Assembly (NCBI GenBank): GCA_032718475.1
Contig: JAUCBJ010007985.1
Location: 1-64,000, forward strand
Direction: 5' to 3'
Source of the DNA: Nemertoderma westbladi
Lineage: Eukaryota; Animalia; Xenacoelomorpha
DNA: 64,000 nucleotides
The translations under genes and the position numbers were made by a program. Every line of letters starts with the position of its first letter. Position 1 is the stretch's first letter. Below, one piece after another: positions 59,802 to 64,000 of this stretch. Under the pieces are notes generated by a model. The model was given only the letters and a program-made list of their open reading frames with translations. It ran no database searches and had not been told where the DNA came from.

Positions 59802-60343
59802 TGTGACGGGATCCAGATAAGATCCCGGTTTATCCGTTTGTCAGTTCACTCGTCCCCGCCGTGTATGAAAGATAAATGAGTTTGTGCTGTTCGTCGTATA
59901 TAATATTTGGGTATACAGATATAGATATAGGTATAGATATGAGATAATATGGTTGTTGTATACGGAAGGCGGGATACGGTAACTGAAGTCCCGGTACTTC
60001 CCTAGCTAAACTATTTCTACACTAGCACCAATATACTGAGATAACTGAATGCTATGATTACTGCCAACTGGTTATATTGCACGGGTTGGCCTTGTTACTC
60101 TACCTAATCGATGCTTCCCCCCCTCTGATTGGTTGATACACTTGTTGGCGCCCTTTGGAGTGTTCCCGTTCACTCCAGCTATTCTCACTCGGTTAGGGGT
60201 TTGGCCCCTGACCCTTGCCGTGTGTTTCTCCTTCCCATTCTGTTGGGGTGACACGAGTGATTGATTGCCAAATCTCGTGTCCCCCAATATTGCTTAATAA
60301 CCAACTTTATGGGTTCGTGTTAGCGGGATTGAATAAGCTAACA
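59802..60343 (-). repeat. Element A 5' LTR (542 bp), TATA-like at ~60076 and Inr TCAGTT at ~60046 on the minus strand
   Basis: Matches 10797-11338; TATA-to-Inr spacing is about 30 nt. Confidence 0.95.
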
Positions 60344-61755
60344 ATAACCCGTGTCCTTTGTGTAATAACCCGTGTCCTTTGTGTAATAACCCGTGTCCTT
60401 CGTGTAATTACCCGTATCCTTTGTGTAATAACCCGTATCCTTTGTGTAATAACCCGTATCCTTTGTGTAATAACCCGTATCCTTTGTGTAATAACCCGTG
60501 TCCTTTGTGTAATAACCCGTGTCCTTTGTGTAATAACCCGTGTCCTTTGTGTAATAACCCGTATCCTTTGTGTAATAACCCGTGTCCTTTGTGTAATAAC
60601 CCGTATCCTTTGTGTAATAACCCGTGTCCTTTGTGTAATAACCCGTGTCCTTTGTGTAATAACCCGTGTCCTTTGTGTAATAACCCGTGTCCTTTGTGTA
60701 ATAACCCGTATCCTTTGTGTAATAACCCGTATCCTTTGTGTAATTACCCGTATCCTTTGTGTAATAACCCGTATCCTTTGTGTAATAACCCGTGTCCTTT
60801 GTGTAATAACCCGTATCCTTTGTGTAATAACCCGTGTCCTTTGTGTAATAACCCGTGTCCTTTGTGTAATAACCCGTGTCCTTTGTGTAATAACCCGTAT
60901 CCTTTGTGTAATAACCCGTGTCCTTTGTGTAATAACCCGTATCCTTTGTGTAATAACCCGTGTCCTTTGTGTAATAACCCGTTTCCTTGTACAATAACCC
61001 GTGTCCTTTGTGTAATAACCCGTTTCCTTGTACAATAGCCCGTGTCCTTTGTGTAATAACCCGTGTCCTTTGTGTAATAACCCGTGTCCTTGTACAATAA
61101 CCCGTGTCCTTTGTGTAATAACCCGTGTCCTTTGTCTAATAACCCGTATCCTTTGTGGAATAACCCGTATCCTTTGTGTAATTACCCGTATCCTTTGTGT
61201 AATAACCCGTATCCTTTGTGTAATAACCCGTATCCTTTGTGTAATAACCCGTGTCCTTTGTGTAATAACCCGTATCCTTTGTGTAATAACCCGTATCCTT
61301 TGTGTAATAACCCGTATCCTTTGTGTAATAACCCGTATCCTTTGTGTAATAACCCGTATCCTTTGTGTAATTACCCGTATCCTTTGTGTAATAACCCGTA
61401 TCCTTTGTGTAATAACCCGTGTCCTTTGTGTAATAAACCGTATCCTTTGTGTAATAACCCGTGTCCTTTGTGTAATAACCCGTGTCCTTTGTGTAATAAC
61501 CCGTGTCCTTTGTGTAATAACCCGTATCCTTTGTGTAATAACCCGTGTCCATTGTGTAATAACCCGTATCCTTTGTGTAATAACCCGTGTCCTTTGTGTA
61601 ATAACCCGTGTCCTTTGTGTAATAACCCGTGTCCTTTGTGTAATAACCCGTGTCCTCTGTGTAATAACCCGTATCCTTTGTGTAATAACCCGTGTCCCTT
61701 ATGTAATAACCCGTGTCCTTTGTGTAATAACCCGTGTCCTTTGTGTAATAACCCG
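60344..61755. repeat. 21-bp minisatellite, right arm
   Basis: Same unit as the left arm, and in phase with it across the TSD. Confidence 0.99.
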
Positions 61756-61947
61756 ATTGCAGAGTCGATGATGCAGACAAACATGTTCATAATCTTTGTG
61801 TGCCTCCTATACATTTTATACATATACATATATCTATCTATACATTATTTATTTGTGCAATGTTCTACATTTTACTCATTATTTTTTTGAATAACATCAT
61901 TATAATATTTATTATTTACATATTAAAATCTTATTATATTTTCGTAG

Positions 61948-62271
61948 TTTTCTGGGATGATTTTGTTTCTGAATGTTGCAAAGCTCCATTCGGAGGTGAA
62001 GGCCAACCTTGGGATCGGACCGATTTATCACATGGAGTGATAAGGATTAACGACATCCGGACAATGAGTCATTGTAAAGCGAAATGTTTAGCTGAAACGA
62101 TATTTACATGTACTTCTGTACAGCACTCTAAACAGCAGAAGAGTTGTTACTTAATGCGTGAAACTCTTAATGTTCAGACATACCAATTATCGCCATGTTG
62201 CGATTCACGACGTGGTAATTTTTCTTCCCGCTGCACTTCTTGGTATTATGATATGCGATATTCGAAGTTGA
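61948..62271 (+). CDS. Probable host exon encoding a PAN/apple-like Cys-rich domain
   Basis: TTTTCGTAG acceptor, HCKAKCLAETIFTCTSVQH....SCYL Cys pattern, candidate GTTAGT donor, AT-rich flanks. Confidence 0.6.
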
Positions 62272-62364
62272 GTTAGTAATATATTTCTCATTCATTATAA
62301 TATATAATATTAAATTTTGTTTTAAAATTTTTCTACTTCATTAATTTATTTATTTATTCGCAGG

Positions 62365-63180
62365 GACCATGTACCATATTGTATTGCTTTGAAGGCCCCA
62401 GAATTAATGCCCTTCTTCAAACTATGTTACAGAGCAACCTTCCTCACATTAGGTGCATCCATCATCTCTTCTAAAGAAGATTTCCAGCAGGGTGACCCTC
62501 TAGCTGTATTCGTTTTCAGCCTTGGCATTCACCCCGAGTTGGAAAAAATTTCCACTACACACAAGCTAAAGGTACATTGACGATATTTCCCTTGCTGGTC
62601 AATGGCATAATGTACTAGACCAGTTAAAACACTTCCAAGCCATGAGTAGACATCTCAGTCTAGAGCTAAATGAGCGTAAATGTGAGCTTACCATCCTCAG
62701 CAAAGATCAATCACAACACCAACTAATTCTGTCAGCCTTCCAGGCCTATTATGAGTCGATCAACGCCAGATAATCTGGTAATCCTCGGAGCTCCACTGGG
62801 ATTCGCAGCCACAAACACAGCACTGCTGGAGAAACCCAGCACCTTTGAATTTATTCAATCGAGATTAAAGCTAATGAACCATCATGTTGGTTTAAAGCTA
62901 ATGAACCATCATGTTGGTTTAAAGCTAATGAACCATCATGTTGGTTTAAAGCTAATGAACCATCATGTTGGATTCTTCCTCCTTCGCTTATCAATGCCAA
63001 AGCTCAAAACTTCCCCAACTTTCGAACATCCATACAAACTATTGGATTTAAATAATCTGCTGAAATTAACATTGCAAGTTGTTATAGATGTTAATATGTC
63101 TGAAAGTGTCCATCAATAAGCACGTCTGCCTTGCCGGAATGGAGGTTTAGGGGTTCCCTCTGTTGCTACCATAGTTGCCA
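62365..63180 (+). pseudogene. Decayed non-LTR retrotransposon RT (CRE/early-branching clade-like)
   Basis: QQGDPL..F.F.LGIHP, a broken YIDD-like motif, LELNERKCE, ILGAPLG and LP.RNGGLG in shifting frames. A 27-bp unit is repeated four times at ~62865-62971. Confidence 0.7.
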
Positions 63181-64000
63181 CCCGTGTGCCTATCTTTGTA
63201 ATTGTAATAAATCCTTGATTGCCTGTCAGGTCAGGTATTCTAGGTCATTGATCAAGAAAACTTGCCACCTCCATGCAGCATAAAGGAGGTGCTACCTGTA
63301 GCTGCATAGACCCTCTTACTAGGGCAAATCTGGTCCTGTAACTGGGACCCCCATTGTTCTGGGATAAGGACGCCGTTGGTCCTGGATTAAGGACCCATAT
63401 ACTTGGGCTGCATGAGTATATGGCCTGGCCAGGCAGATGGTGATCTACCAATGGCTGGTCAGGAGTAGAGTGTTCTCATGTCCACTCTGAGAGCACTTCA
63501 CTGCGACCTGCACCTGGCAGCAAGGGTACAGGGCATGACCCAGCAGATGAGCTGCAACAGCCAATGGTGGGTCATGTGCGCCAGAGTAGATATGGGTGAT
63601 GGGCCTCATATCTGACTTCACTGCGACACCCACCCTGTGGAACGGCAAACCAGGGTGTGGTATTTGCCCCGAGAGCTGACTCGGCAAAAAAGCACCCCCC
63701 AACCCCCCACTATGGATTACATTAGTAATGCGGAGGCCAGTGGAATTACCGGACACAATCGGCCTCACAGGCGTCAGTTATCTCCTGACCGGCTGCCTGT
63801 CCCACCCCCTACTGGAGAGAGAGAAGCCAAAATTTCTTTGAGTCCATGTCCTGATGACCTTTCTGGCCCAAACCCTGGGTCACCAGGAAGGCCAGATTGT
63901 GAGGGGGAGAGGGATTCTGGAGTTGGTGGCTACTCTCATGTTCCACCATGACCAACAAAGCCATTGGTGAATCTGAGGCAAGTCACTAGACTAGCCTCAG

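Larger units (their letters stand above)
10797..60343 (-). mobile_element. BEL/Pao LTR retrotransposon A (outermost element; interrupted by LINE D and element B)
   Basis: Direct 542-bp TG...CA LTRs. 5-bp TSD ATAAC at 10792-10796 and 60344-60348. Gag-PR-RT-RH-IN order on the minus strand with BEL-type motifs (YYLPLH, FYVDDG, FSDAS, NPADLLSRG, CGVDMFGP). Confidence 0.97.

Noticed and set aside
63190-64000. GC-richer terminal segment with short ORFs
   Set aside because: No recognisable motifs; probably a decayed repeat truncated by the window edge, so it cannot be called.

Overview
Eukaryotic (probably invertebrate animal) repeat-rich locus. A 21-bp minisatellite (1-10796 and 60344-61755) is split by a 49.5-kb nest of retroelements. 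BEL/Pao LTR element A (minus strand, 542-bp LTRs, TSD ATAAC) contains two insertions: an internally deleted CR1/L2-like LINE in its integrase, and BEL/Pao element B (minus, 1217-bp LTRs, TSD TCGCC). B in turn contains BEL/Pao element C (plus, 2271-bp LTRs, TSD AAGGA). The window ends with a probable host PAN/apple-domain exon and a decayed non-LTR RT. Four observations stand out. (1) None of the three BEL elements has a TGG-initiated tRNA primer-binding site; the bases abutting each 5' LTR are instead complementary (9-12 nt) to a site inside the element's own LTR, suggesting Tf1-like self-priming. (2) B carries, where env would be, a ~1417-aa accessory ORF (split by C) with a WRN/EXD/Mut-7-like DEDDy exonuclease domain and a triple zinc-knuckle module; element A's accessory ORF shares that module. 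(3) C carries eight dispersed copies of a covarying 20-nt hairpin. (4) C has a tRNA-like Pol III A/B-box element in its LTR. All protein family calls are from motif recognition by eye, not database searches.
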